A program made the position numbers and the translations under genes. From Rhodanobacteraceae bacterium (GTDB lineage: Bacteria > Pseudomonadota > Gammaproteobacteria > Xanthomonadales > SZUA-5): a stretch of DNA of 64,000 nucleotides. The notes under the pieces were generated by a model. It worked only from the letters and a program-made list of their open reading frames with translations, was not told where the DNA came from and did no database searches. Of this stretch, positions 19,698-28,752 are shown piece by piece (the stretch's first letter is position 1; every line of letters begins with the position of its first letter). The DNA lies in contig JACKOW010000005.1 in assembly GCA_024234055.1 (NCBI GenBank), forward strand, positions 186,667 to 250,666. The letters run 5' to 3'.

Positions 19698-20816
19698 CTA
19701 CGCGCCGAAATAGACGCCGCCCAACACCCGCGGTCCGGCAGCTCCGGTCACGTCGGCGCAATTGCCGGGCTGGCGATTCAGGGTCTGACGCGCCATCCAG
19801 GCGAAGGCCGCGGCTTCGACGAAGTCCGGGTCCAGCCCATGCACAGCGCTGGTTTCGAGCACGCAGGGATGCCCCAGCGCGGTCTTAAGCTCGCGCTCCA
19901 GCGCCGACAGCAGCTGCGGATTGTGGACACCCCCGCCACAGCAGATCACCCGTCGCGTGGCGGGCGCGTGCTCGGCCAGCGAGCGCGCCATGCTGCGTGC
20001 CGACAGCAGCAACAGCGTGGCTTGCACGTCGGCCGGTGACAGCGCCGGGTTTGCTGCCAGGCGCTGATCCAGCCAGTCCAGATTGAAGTGTTCGCGACCG
20101 GTGCTCTTGGGAAGCGGGCGGGCAAAGTAGTCATCGCCCAGCAGTTCGTCCAGCAGCACCGGATCCGGCTGTCCACTGCCGGCAAACTCGCCACCCAGAT
20201 CGCAGGCGCGCCCCAGATGGCGCAGCGCCCAGCCATCGAGCAGACAGTTGGCTGGCCCCGTATCGAATCCGCGCACGGGCATTGTCGGCTGCAACAAGGT
20301 GTAATTGCCGATGCCGCCCAGATTGAGGATGGCCCGCGGCTCCTGATCGTCGGCGAACAGGGCCGCGTGCAGGCCGCAGACCAGCGGCGCACCCTGGCCG
20401 CCGGCAGCCATGTCGCGGCGGCGGAAGTCAGCCACCGTGGTGATTCCACAGATCTCCGCGATAGTGTTGGGATCACCGATCTGCAGCGTGAAGGCCGGCG
20501 AGCTCCAGGGGCGATGGCGCACGGTCTGCCCGTGCGAACCCAACGCGCGAATCTCGGCCGGCTTCACCCCGGCCTGTTGCAACAATTCCAGAGCAGCGCC
20601 GGCAAAGCAGCGGGCGATTTCGATGTCGAGGGCACCGAAGGCGTCTACCGGCAGGCTCTCGGCGTGCATCAGCGCCAGGATCCGCTCACGCAGATCACTG
20701 GGATAGGCGTAGGTGCGTGCCGCGATCAGCCCGGTCTGCGGCTCGAAGTGCATCAGCGCGACGTCGATGCCGTCGGCGCTGGTGCCGGAAATCAGTCCGA
20801 GGTAAAGCTCGGTCAT
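19698..20816 (-). CDS. anmK: anhydro-N-acetylmuramic acid kinase
   Basis: MTELYLGLISGTSADGIDVAL is the canonical AnmK N-terminus. 372 aa with a sugar-kinase/Hsp70/actin fold pattern (GGGVHN). Confidence 0.92.
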   Translation of the reverse strand: MTELYLGLISGTSADGIDVALMHFEPQTGLIAARTYAYPSDLRERILALMHAESLPVDAFGALDIEIARCFAGAALELLQQAGVKPAEIRALGSHGQTVRHRPWSSPAFTLQIGDPNTIAEICGITTVADFRRRDMAAGGQGAPLVCGLHAALFADDQEPRAILNLGGIGNYTLLQPTMPVRGFDTGPANCLLDGWALRHLGRACDLGGEFAGSGQPDPVLLDELLGDDYFARPLPKSTGREHFNLDWLDQRLAANPALSPADVQATLLLLSARSMARSLAEHAPATRRVICCGGGVHNPQLLSALERELKTALGHPCVLETSAVHGLDPDFVEAAAFAWMARQTLNRQPGNCADVTGAAGPRVLGGVYFGA

Positions 20817-20825
20817 CCTGGAGGG

Positions 20826-22304
20826 TTACTGGCGCAGCGCCAGATTCTGGTTCTCCACCACCGTCAGCGCGGTGGCGTAACTAGCGTGGGTTTTCATGAA
20901 GGCTGCCAACTCGGTGCCCGTGAGCGGCTCGGCCTTGGGCAACGTCACGCTGAGTGGGTCGCGGTGCACACCCTTGACCCGGAATTCGTAGTGCAGATGG
21001 GGTGCGGTGGCGAGACCGGTCATGCCCACGTAGCCGATCAGATCGCCCTGCTGAACCTTCTGGCCACGGGCAATGCCCTTGGCAAAACGCGACATATGGC
21101 CGTACAGCGTGGTGGTGTCCTTGCCGTGCTGCAGGATGATGACGTTGCCGTAGCCGTTCTGCTTGCCGACAAACAACACACTGCCATTGCCGGCGGCGCG
21201 AATCGGGGTGCCGCTGGGGGCGGCATAGTCCACGCCCTTGTGGGCACGGACGCGGCCGAGAATGGGGTGCTTGCGGGCTGAGGAGAAGCGACTGGAAATC
21301 CGTGAAAACTCGACGGGCGTGCGGATGAAGGCCTTGCGCAGGCTGCGGCCGTCGCCACCGTAGAAATCGCTGCGACCATCGGCACCGGTGTAGCGGAAAG
21401 CCTCGTAGCGTTTGCCCTGATTGACGAAAACGGCGGCGAGAATGTCGCCATCGCGCAGACGCACACCGTCACGGTAGATCGATTCGTAGACCACAGCGAA
21501 GCTGTCACCTTCGCGAAGATCCTGTGCAAAGTCGATGTCGTAGTTGAATACCTCGGCCAGGCGCATGATCTGCACATCGCTCATGCCGGCCGCGGAACCG
21601 GCACCGAACAGCGAACTGGTGATCACGGCGCTGCCGTACTGCGTGCGACGCTCCAACTGGCGCTCGATCACGCGCTCATGAACCTTGTCGCCATCGACCT
21701 GCACCAGGATGCGCTCGCTTTCGCTGCGATCGAACTGCAGGGCGCTGAGCTGACCGTCGGCCGGGATGCGAAACGCGATCTGATCGCCCGGATGGATCTG
21801 AACCAGGCCACGAACGCTCTCGCTCTGCTCAAGCAGACGGTGCATGAGTGCTGCCGACAGGCCCAACCTTTCAAAGATGTTGCCCAGGGTCTCGTTGCGG
21901 CGAACGGTCACCACCTGCCAGCCAGCCTCGGCATCGCTGCCCAGATACAGATCCGATTCCAGCGCGCTGACGGGCTGCGGCAAGGCCGAGGCGGTTGCTT
22001 CGCTGGGTGCCGGCAATTCCAACGGAACATTGAGCTGGCTGGCAATCGGATCGGGACGGTTGACGCTGGCAAAGACCGGCAGGATGACCAAACCCACCAG
22101 CGCAACCAGACCACCGGTGCTGAGGACTGTGGTCAGTCGGCGACGATCTGCCCCTCGGGCCCAGAGAAACTCCAGGCTGCGCAGAATGGCCTGGCGGATA
22201 CGCGCCGCCGGTTTCAGGTGAACGGGGCGCTGCTGAAAGTGACGACGTACCGCCTGATTGCGGGCTGAGCTGCGACGATGTTGCCAATCAGGCTGATAGA
22301 TCAC
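20826..22304 (-). CDS. M23-family peptidoglycan DD-metalloendopeptidase (MepM/YebA-like) with N-terminal membrane anchor
   Basis: C-terminal HKGVDYAAPSGTPI...YGHMS...GYVGMTGLATAPHLHYEF (HxxxD and HxH zinc motifs). TM helix LTTVLSTGGLVALVGLVILPVF. Start placed at GTG 22304 (VIYQPDWQ...). The 636-aa ORF-track version extends through a low-GC leader and is doubtful. Confidence 0.8.
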   Translation of the reverse strand: MIYQPDWQHRRSSARNQAVRRHFQQRPVHLKPAARIRQAILRSLEFLWARGADRRRLTTVLSTGGLVALVGLVILPVFASVNRPDPIASQLNVPLELPAPSEATASALPQPVSALESDLYLGSDAEAGWQVVTVRRNETLGNIFERLGLSAALMHRLLEQSESVRGLVQIHPGDQIAFRIPADGQLSALQFDRSESERILVQVDGDKVHERVIERQLERRTQYGSAVITSSLFGAGSAAGMSDVQIMRLAEVFNYDIDFAQDLREGDSFAVVYESIYRDGVRLRDGDILAAVFVNQGKRYEAFRYTGADGRSDFYGGDGRSLRKAFIRTPVEFSRISSRFSSARKHPILGRVRAHKGVDYAAPSGTPIRAAGNGSVLFVGKQNGYGNVIILQHGKDTTTLYGHMSRFAKGIARGQKVQQGDLIGYVGMTGLATAPHLHYEFRVKGVHRDPLSVTLPKAEPLTGTELAAFMKTHASYATALTVVENQNLALRQ

Positions 22305-22780
22305 GCAGGTCGACTCTTGAGTGAAAACGGGGCGAACATATCCATTTGTGGAGCCCCGGTCAAAGCTTAAATTGGTGTTAACGCCACAGTTGTTGCTTGA
22401 GCGCAACAGATCCGCCAAGGATCCGCCGGCACTCAGACCTCCATTGGGGAAAATTTCCACACATTTCAGTTGCTTCCTGCGCACCAATCGCGCCGACATT
22501 GGTGACAAGTGCAGAGTCTTGGCGTAAAGTTTGGGAATACGCGCGACAAGCGGCATTTTGATGCCCAGACCGCCGGAACTTCTGGTTGGGGAGCTCACAG
22601 CTCCCGGGAAGCCCGGACGTCGCCCGACTTGTGAGGCGTAGACCGGACCGATGCGCGTTTTCAGAACGCTGTCCGCAACCGTGGCTTGGCCGGCGTCGAA
22701 AACAGCACACTGCAAGATGCGACGCCAACCCCTCAACGCCGTAGATCACGGCCAGTGAGGACAAGGGAGATTTCGATTAC

Positions 22781-24643
22781 ATGAGTTCCGACAAACTCGG
22801 GCTGGCGCCTGCGTTGCCGTCCAGCACGGACGATGCGGGTTCGAACGAATCCGGCCCACAGGCGATCGATCAGACCACCGACGCAGCGCTGGAGAACCCT
22901 ACCGACGCGGCCTACGCGGCCTATGTGGCCAAGACGGAAGCCAAGGCGCTGGCGCAGGCCGAAGCCAAGGCCAGAGCCAAGCTGAGAGCGCAGGCGCGAG
23001 CGCGGGAGAAACGCGAAGCGAAGGCGGCAGCCAAGGCCGAGGCGGAAGCGGCGGCTGCTTTGGTCGAGACCAGCCCGCAAGTCGCGCTGGATCTGCGCAT
23101 GCCTGGCGATACCGCCGTTGTACCCGACACGGATACGCCGCCGGTGATGGAGGCGCCTGCGGTGAGCGCCGACTTGCCGAGCGCCCCCGTCAAGAAGGTC
23201 CGCGCCAGCCGGAGTCGCGCCAAGGCTGTCCCCGATACCAGCGCACCGACCAGCGCCGCTGCACCTTCGACCGACGACGCTTCGACTTCTGAGGCCAGAG
23301 CTCCGACCGCTACGCTAAGCTTGAAGCCGACGGCAGCACCGGCGCCGACAAACGCTGTCGATGCCGAACCCAACCCCACGTCGACACCAGCCACCGGCCC
23401 TTCCGCGGAATCCACTGCCGTCGCGGCCCTGATGATCCACCGGGTGCACCCCATCGCCCTGGGCCGCAAACGCGAAGCGCTGCGGCTGGTACTGGAGCAG
23501 ATACTCGCTGCCGTCGCCAACTCGCGGGTGCTGGTCTACACCCGCACCAAGCATGGCGCCGACAAGATTGCCCGCTTTCTGGAACGCTGCGGTATCAAGG
23601 CGGCCGCCATTCATGGCGACAAGAGCCAGGGCGCCCGCGCCCGCGCACTCGGCGGCTTCCAGAGTGGCGAGGTCTCGGTATTGGTGGTCACCGATATCGC
23701 CGCCCGCGTGCTGACGCTGGAGCCGATGCCGCTGATCATCAACTACGACCTGCCCTATGTGGCCGAGGACTACCTGCAGCGCGTGGGCCGCGCCTTGCAC
23801 CAGGATGGCAGCGGTGTTTCGCTGTCATTGATCACACAGGAGGAGTCACCCCAGTTCCGGGCGGTGCGCGATTTGTTGCCGATCCCCATGCAGATCCTGG
23901 TTCTGGAGGGCTTCGAAGCGGCCGAGCCCTTCGATCCCGAGCGAGACCCACCACCCAGGCCCGAACTCAGCCGGGAAGCATCCGGCGGCAGCGATGCCGC
24001 TGCCGGCCCCCATCCCCACAAGGACAAGAGCGGCCGAGGACGGCGAGAGCGTCGCAATCGCAACGGCCGCGGCGATGTCCGTACCGACACCGTTGTGGCC
24101 GCGGCGACGGAAACAACAGTCGCCGGCGAAGCGCCGGCTGCGGCGGAAGTCCAGCCACCTGCCGCGGCACAGCGCCCCGCGCGCAAGGATCGTGGCCCCC
24201 GCGCCGCGCGCAGCGAAAAGCAACCGCGGGGCGATCGCCAGCCGCGGGCACCCGAGGTCCACACCGACGAAGACAGTGACGGACCGCAGCGTGGCAATTC
24301 ACTGGCGGCGCCGCCTCCATCACAACTGCACCATGGTGGCCAGGGTCGCCGTCGGGGGCGTCGCGATCCCTTTGCACCGGTCGTCATCGACGAGAATCGG
24401 GCCAATATCTACGACGAGCGCCAACCCGATGACTACCGCGACCAGTGGAGCGTGCTTGGGCCCGATACCGAGCGCCCAGCCTGGACCTACGCCGATCACC
24501 ACATCGCCCCGACCTTCGACCCGCAGGTGCGAGCAGCCGATCCGGGACGGCGCCCGGCCGGCGGCGCTGGCAAGCCCCGCAGCAAGCATGGCGGCGGACG
24601 ACATCAACAGCGCTCCGGCAAGCGTCGCGCCGACAACAGCTGA
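22781..24643 (+). CDS. helicase C-terminal (RecA2)-domain protein lacking the DEAD/RecA1 domain; Ala/Lys/Glu-rich N-terminus and Arg-rich C-terminal tail
   Basis: RecA2 motifs: IV VLVYTRTK; V TDIAARVLT (consensus TDVAARGLD); VI QRVGRALHQDG (consensus HRIGRTGRAG). No Q, Walker A or DEAD motifs anywhere. The N-terminus carries AKTEAKALAQAEAKARAKLRAQARAREKREAKAAAKAEAEAAAA. The tail is rich in RGRRERRNRNGRG-type sequence. GGGAGA RBS lies before the ATG at 22781. Confidence 0.75.
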   Translation: MSSDKLGLAPALPSSTDDAGSNESGPQAIDQTTDAALENPTDAAYAAYVAKTEAKALAQAEAKARAKLRAQARAREKREAKAAAKAEAEAAAALVETSPQVALDLRMPGDTAVVPDTDTPPVMEAPAVSADLPSAPVKKVRASRSRAKAVPDTSAPTSAAAPSTDDASTSEARAPTATLSLKPTAAPAPTNAVDAEPNPTSTPATGPSAESTAVAALMIHRVHPIALGRKREALRLVLEQILAAVANSRVLVYTRTKHGADKIARFLERCGIKAAAIHGDKSQGARARALGGFQSGEVSVLVVTDIAARVLTLEPMPLIINYDLPYVAEDYLQRVGRALHQDGSGVSLSLITQEESPQFRAVRDLLPIPMQILVLEGFEAAEPFDPERDPPPRPELSREASGGSDAAAGPHPHKDKSGRGRRERRNRNGRGDVRTDTVVAAATETTVAGEAPAAAEVQPPAAAQRPARKDRGPRAARSEKQPRGDRQPRAPEVHTDEDSDGPQRGNSLAAPPPSQLHHGGQGRRRGRRDPFAPVVIDENRANIYDERQPDDYRDQWSVLGPDTERPAWTYADHHIAPTFDPQVRAADPGRRPAGGAGKPRSKHGGGRHQQRSGKRRADNS

Positions 24644-24649
24644 TCACCG

Positions 24650-25138
24650 ATGCCATACACACCGATACTGGCGACGCTGGGCTATGTGCTGTCGCCTGAT
24701 CGCCGCCAGGTCCTGATGGTGCACCGCAATGCACGCGCCGATGACGCTCATCTCGGCAAGTACAACGGCCTCGGCGGCAAGCTCGAAGCCGATGAGGACG
24801 TGGTCAGCGGCATGCGCCGGGAGATTCGCGAGGAGGCCAATATCGACTGCCTGCAGCTCAGCCTGCGGGGCACCATCTCCTGGCCGGGTTTCGGAAAACA
24901 CGGCGAGGATTGGTTGGGATTCGTGTTCCTGATCACGGAATTTGCGGGCAGCGTGCCCGAGCACAATGCCGAGGGCAGACTGGAATGGGTTGATATCGAC
25001 CGAATCCACAGCCTGCCGCTGTGGGATGGCGACCGCCACTTCCTGCCGCTGGTCTTCGATGATGACCCCCGCGCATTCCATGGGGTCATGCCCTATCGCG
25101 ACGGCCGCATGCAGTCCTGGCGTTACTCGCGGGTCTGA
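24650..25138 (+). CDS. NUDIX hydrolase (MutT-like)
   Basis: NUDIX box GLGGKLEADEDVVSGMRREIREEANI (GX5EX7REUXEEXGU). Confidence 0.85.
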   Translation: MPYTPILATLGYVLSPDRRQVLMVHRNARADDAHLGKYNGLGGKLEADEDVVSGMRREIREEANIDCLQLSLRGTISWPGFGKHGEDWLGFVFLITEFAGSVPEHNAEGRLEWVDIDRIHSLPLWDGDRHFLPLVFDDDPRAFHGVMPYRDGRMQSWRYSRV

Positions 25139-25209
25139 GTCAGCACTGGCTATCGCTGCCAGGCTCGAAGAAACTAGCTTGAGTCGCACATTCGCCAGGG
25201 CCCGGATTC

Positions 25210-26127
25210 TTGCAAGCGCGCCGTCCATTGCCACCACCCACTCTGGCCGCGCTCTATCCGCCCATAGCCGGATACCGCTACTTTGACGCGCCCGGCGGCA
25301 TCCGCTTCAACCCGCAGCTGGAACTGCATGCCCAGCAGCAGGCCTGGTGGCTGTCTGAGCACGCGCTGCTGGCCTATGCCCATGCGCGCAGCATTCAGTC
25401 CTGCCTGGCCAGTAACGGCTGGCATTGCTCGATCGCGCGCGACCGCAGCAGCGGCAGTTCCGCCCACGTCGCGCTTGGCGACGACTGGGGCCTGATCGCA
25501 TTCCGCGGCACCGAAGCCCTCAAACCGGGTGATTCCTGGCGCAAGATCAGTGCCGTCGCACGCGATTGGTGGACAGACGCGCAGATACGCAAGGTGCGTT
25601 GGTCCGGCGGCGGCGAAGTCCACCGTGGATTCCTGCGCGCGCTTGACGGACTCTGGCCGCAGCTGCGACCAGCGCTGACGGGCGATCGACGCTGGTGGCT
25701 GTGTGGACACAGTCTCGGCGGCGCACTGGCCACGCTGGCGGCAACGCGCGTGCTCGATGCCGGTGCACGACTGGCTGGCAGCATCAGCTTTGGACAGCCG
25801 CGGGTGGGAGATGACGAGTGTGCTGCCGCGCTCGCCCGGCTACCGCTGTTGCGTGTGGTCAACGCCTGCGATCTGGTGCCGGAAATGCCGCCGGAGACGC
25901 TGGGGTATAGACATGCGGGCAAGCTGTTGCATCTGGATGCCAGCCATTGGCAGAACTACGCCCGCAGCGTGCGCAGTTTCTGGTCGCGATTGCCCGGAAA
26001 CCTGCGTCACGGCATCGGCGCTCTGACGCCCATCGAATTGCGGGATCACGCGCCACTGCACTATGCCATCAAGTGCTTCAACGCGGCCTGGGCCAGCGAC
26101 CCGCGCTCGGGCTGCCAGTCAAGCTGA
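25210..26127 (+). CDS. class-3 lipase / alpha-beta hydrolase family protein
   Basis: WWLCGHSLGGALATLAA (GHSLG nucleophile elbow of Lipase_3), preceded by IAFRGTE. The start codon is uncertain (TTG at 25210; no nearby ATG). Confidence 0.7.
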   Translation: MQARRPLPPPTLAALYPPIAGYRYFDAPGGIRFNPQLELHAQQQAWWLSEHALLAYAHARSIQSCLASNGWHCSIARDRSSGSSAHVALGDDWGLIAFRGTEALKPGDSWRKISAVARDWWTDAQIRKVRWSGGGEVHRGFLRALDGLWPQLRPALTGDRRWWLCGHSLGGALATLAATRVLDAGARLAGSISFGQPRVGDDECAAALARLPLLRVVNACDLVPEMPPETLGYRHAGKLLHLDASHWQNYARSVRSFWSRLPGNLRHGIGALTPIELRDHAPLHYAIKCFNAAWASDPRSGCQSS

Positions 26128-26391
26128 AAGTCATCCGGCGCGGAATCGCGGGCGTTGGCTGCGCGCCCCCGCGTCTGCGAGTGCAGTCGCGATTCGCAGA
26201 GCCAATTTACGCAAAGATTGACCGATAACGTCGACCAGTCGGCAAAGCAGGTGACGCATATTGTCAATATTCGGCCATTCTGCGACAGTCAGGATGCTGC
26301 AATCTGGGTTAGATTGACCCAAGGCGCCAGTGGGTTGCTGCCGGCGGCGAGACTGACGGATCGCTACGGGTGAATCACGGGAGACTGAGGT

Positions 26392-27366
26392 TTGGGCATC
26401 TTCGAACTGATTCTGGGTGTGGCCTGTCTGGCGCTGGCCGGCGTCGGCGTCTACACGCACGGCCGACTGAAAAAGGCCCAAGCGCGCGCCATCGAGCTCG
26501 AATCCGAGCTGGAACACATGCAGCAGTCCCAGGCCCAGGTCATCCACACGACCAAACTGGCCTCCCTCGGACAGATGATTGCCGGTGTCGCCCACGAGAT
26601 GAACACCCCGATCGGTTTCGTCAAGAGCAATGTCGAGGTGGTCCGCGAACTCTGGACCGAGCACCATCAGCTGGTGCAGAAATGCCTGAAGGGCCTGGAC
26701 ATGGTGCTGGCCACCGACCTCAGCAAACCGCAGATGGTGGAACCGGTGCGCCGGGCGCTGAGCAAGGTCAAGGCTGCGCTGGCGACCGACGAGCGACTCA
26801 AGGACGGCGACGAACTGCTGACCGATTCGGTCGACGGACTGGTCCAGATCGCCAATCTGGTCAAGAACCTCAAGGGCTTTGCCCGTGTAGACCAGGACGG
26901 AATGGATCTGGTGGACCTCAATGAGTGTGCCGAGAGCGCGCTGACGATCGCCGCGCATCAGCTGCGCGATCGCATTGAGGTGGTGAAGATGCTGGGACCG
27001 ATCCCCAAGATCCATGGTGTGGCCTCACAGATCAACCAGGTCTTGCTGAATCTGATCACCAATGCCTCTCAGGCCATGGACGACAGCGGCAAGCTGACCA
27101 TCACCTCACGCCGCGCGGGAGATCAGGTAGAGGTCGAGATAGCCGATACGGGCGCCGGCATTCCCGAGAAAGTTCTGCCTAAGATCTTCGACCCCTTCTT
27201 CACCACCAAACCGGTGGGAGAAGGCACCGGCCTTGGGCTGTCCATTGTGCACAAGATTGTCAAAAGTCATGGCGGCGACATCAAGGTGCGAACTGAAGCA
27301 AAGAAAGGCAGCGCGTTTACCATTAGTTTTCCGATAGACCATGCGCTGCTGAAGCAGCCCGGCTGA
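26392..27366 (+). CDS. sensor histidine kinase with single TM helix and no recognisable sensor domain
   Basis: TTG start after GGGAGACTGAGG. One TM helix (FELILGVACLALAGVGVY), a coiled stretch, the H-box LASLGQMIAGVAHEMNTPIGF, the N-box LLNLITNASQAM, and G-boxes DTGAGI and GTGLGLS. Confidence 0.9.
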   Translation: MGIFELILGVACLALAGVGVYTHGRLKKAQARAIELESELEHMQQSQAQVIHTTKLASLGQMIAGVAHEMNTPIGFVKSNVEVVRELWTEHHQLVQKCLKGLDMVLATDLSKPQMVEPVRRALSKVKAALATDERLKDGDELLTDSVDGLVQIANLVKNLKGFARVDQDGMDLVDLNECAESALTIAAHQLRDRIEVVKMLGPIPKIHGVASQINQVLLNLITNASQAMDDSGKLTITSRRAGDQVEVEIADTGAGIPEKVLPKIFDPFFTTKPVGEGTGLGLSIVHKIVKSHGGDIKVRTEAKKGSAFTISFPIDHALLKQPG

Positions 27367-27373
27367 GCATCCA

Positions 27374-28315
27374 ATGACCGACGCGCGTATTCGAGTTCTC
27401 TGCATCGACGACGAAGCCCGCATTCTGCGTGCCTTGAAGGCATTGTTTCGCGATATGGATGTCTCGATCACCACTGATCCGGCCGAGGCCATCCGCTGGG
27501 CCAGCGAGCGCGATATTGACGTCATCGTCTGCGATCAGCGCATGCCCGTGATGCAAGGCATCGAGGTGCTGCGTGAGGTACGGCTGTCACATCCGCGGAC
27601 CATGCGCGTGCTGTTGACCGGTTACGCCGACCTCAGTGCGGTGCTGGGCTCGGTCAACGAGGGCGAGGTCTTCCGCTACATCAACAAGCCCTGGGACAAC
27701 ACCGAGCTGCGCGAGACCGTGCAGCAGGCAGCGAGGATTGCGCGCGAGACCCCGGCACTCAGCGACAAGCCGGTGGACGAATTCGATCGCGAGCAGGCCC
27801 GGCGTGAAGTCGGTGTACTGGTGATCGAAGATGATCCGGAAACCCAGCAGCGCATGCGCGAGATCCTGCAGCCGCACTATCAGGTGCGTTTCGTGACCTC
27901 ACCCGAGCGTGCCTTGCAGGTGCTGGAGCAACACGAAACCGGCGTGATCATTTCTGAAACTGCCGGTCAGCATGGTGACTTCACCGCGCTGATCAAGGCC
28001 CTCAAGCAATACCACCCGCATATCGCCACGGTGGTGGTGACTGACCGCGCCAACGCCAATGTCGCCATCGATCTGATCAACGAAGGTCAGGTTTTCCGGC
28101 TGCTGCTGAAGCCGGTGCGTATGGGTTCCTGCAGGCTCAGCGTCGATGCCGCCGTCGGCCGCTACTGGCAACTCAAGCAAAACCCCCAGGCAGCGCGCCG
28201 CTTCGTCGTCGCCCCACGCGCCGACAATCAGTTGCCCTCTTGGCTGGCCGGCAATCTGCTGCAGCGCATCCGCCTGCTGCCCTCGCGCCTGCTGGGGATG
28301 GCCCGGGCGCATTGA
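27374..28315 (+). CDS. response regulator with two receiver domains and no output domain (second REC is a pseudo-receiver)
   Basis: REC1: VLCIDDE...DVIVCDQRMPVMQG...INKPW. REC2: VLVIEDD...GVIISETAG...LLKPV, where the phospho-acceptor position is not Asp (Ser-Glu). Confidence 0.85.
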   Translation: MTDARIRVLCIDDEARILRALKALFRDMDVSITTDPAEAIRWASERDIDVIVCDQRMPVMQGIEVLREVRLSHPRTMRVLLTGYADLSAVLGSVNEGEVFRYINKPWDNTELRETVQQAARIARETPALSDKPVDEFDREQARREVGVLVIEDDPETQQRMREILQPHYQVRFVTSPERALQVLEQHETGVIISETAGQHGDFTALIKALKQYHPHIATVVVTDRANANVAIDLINEGQVFRLLLKPVRMGSCRLSVDAAVGRYWQLKQNPQAARRFVVAPRADNQLPSWLAGNLLQRIRLLPSRLLGMARAH

Positions 28316-28319
28316 GGCG

Positions 28320-28752
28320 CTGGGTGTTGGTTGTTGGTGGTCGGTACCAGGCAGAGCTGACGTCGCTTCCCGGCTTTTGTAGATCGAGACTTGTCTGGAC
28401 ACTCTTGACCACGTGCGGGAAGAGCGTCCAGACACATCTGGACCTACAGGAGCTCGCGGCGCCGGCGGAGCGTGGGCGTCTCGAACACCGCGGTTCATCA
28501 CTGGATTGCTTCGCTACGCTCTCCATGAACCCATATCGCAAGTTGTTGATTTGCTGATGTAGGTCACGTTGCTCGCGTAGCGAGCTACGTGACGCAACTC
28601 GATGTCACGTAGTCCGCTGACGCGGACAACATGACCTACGACGGCGGGTTCATGGCCCGTGGGCAGTTTCAGGCCGAGACAGGTGGCTCGCAATGACGCC
28701 GTCGGGGGCTGGTCTCGCGACGCGACCCCGTGCCCCGTACCCCGTGCCCCAG
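28320..28752. repeat. mosaic REP island: GT-rich tract, REP family 2 hairpin (28378..28448), solo MITE-2 end (28501..28550), REP family 4 hairpin (28559..28639), C-rich heptamers (28727..28752)
   Basis: Each sub-element has a near-identical copy elsewhere in the window (8705, 63358; 63684/63962; 10163; 39725/42578). CCCCGTGCCCCGTACCCCGTGCCCC directly abuts the cysS stop. Confidence 0.85.

Noticed and set aside
22305-22736. N-terminal 144-aa extension of the M23 peptidase (ORF track start 22736).
   Set aside because: The extension crosses a visibly low-GC, promoter-like region and lacks coding bias. A GTG at 22304 yields a protein that begins just before the membrane anchor. An ATG at 22499 remains a possible alternative.
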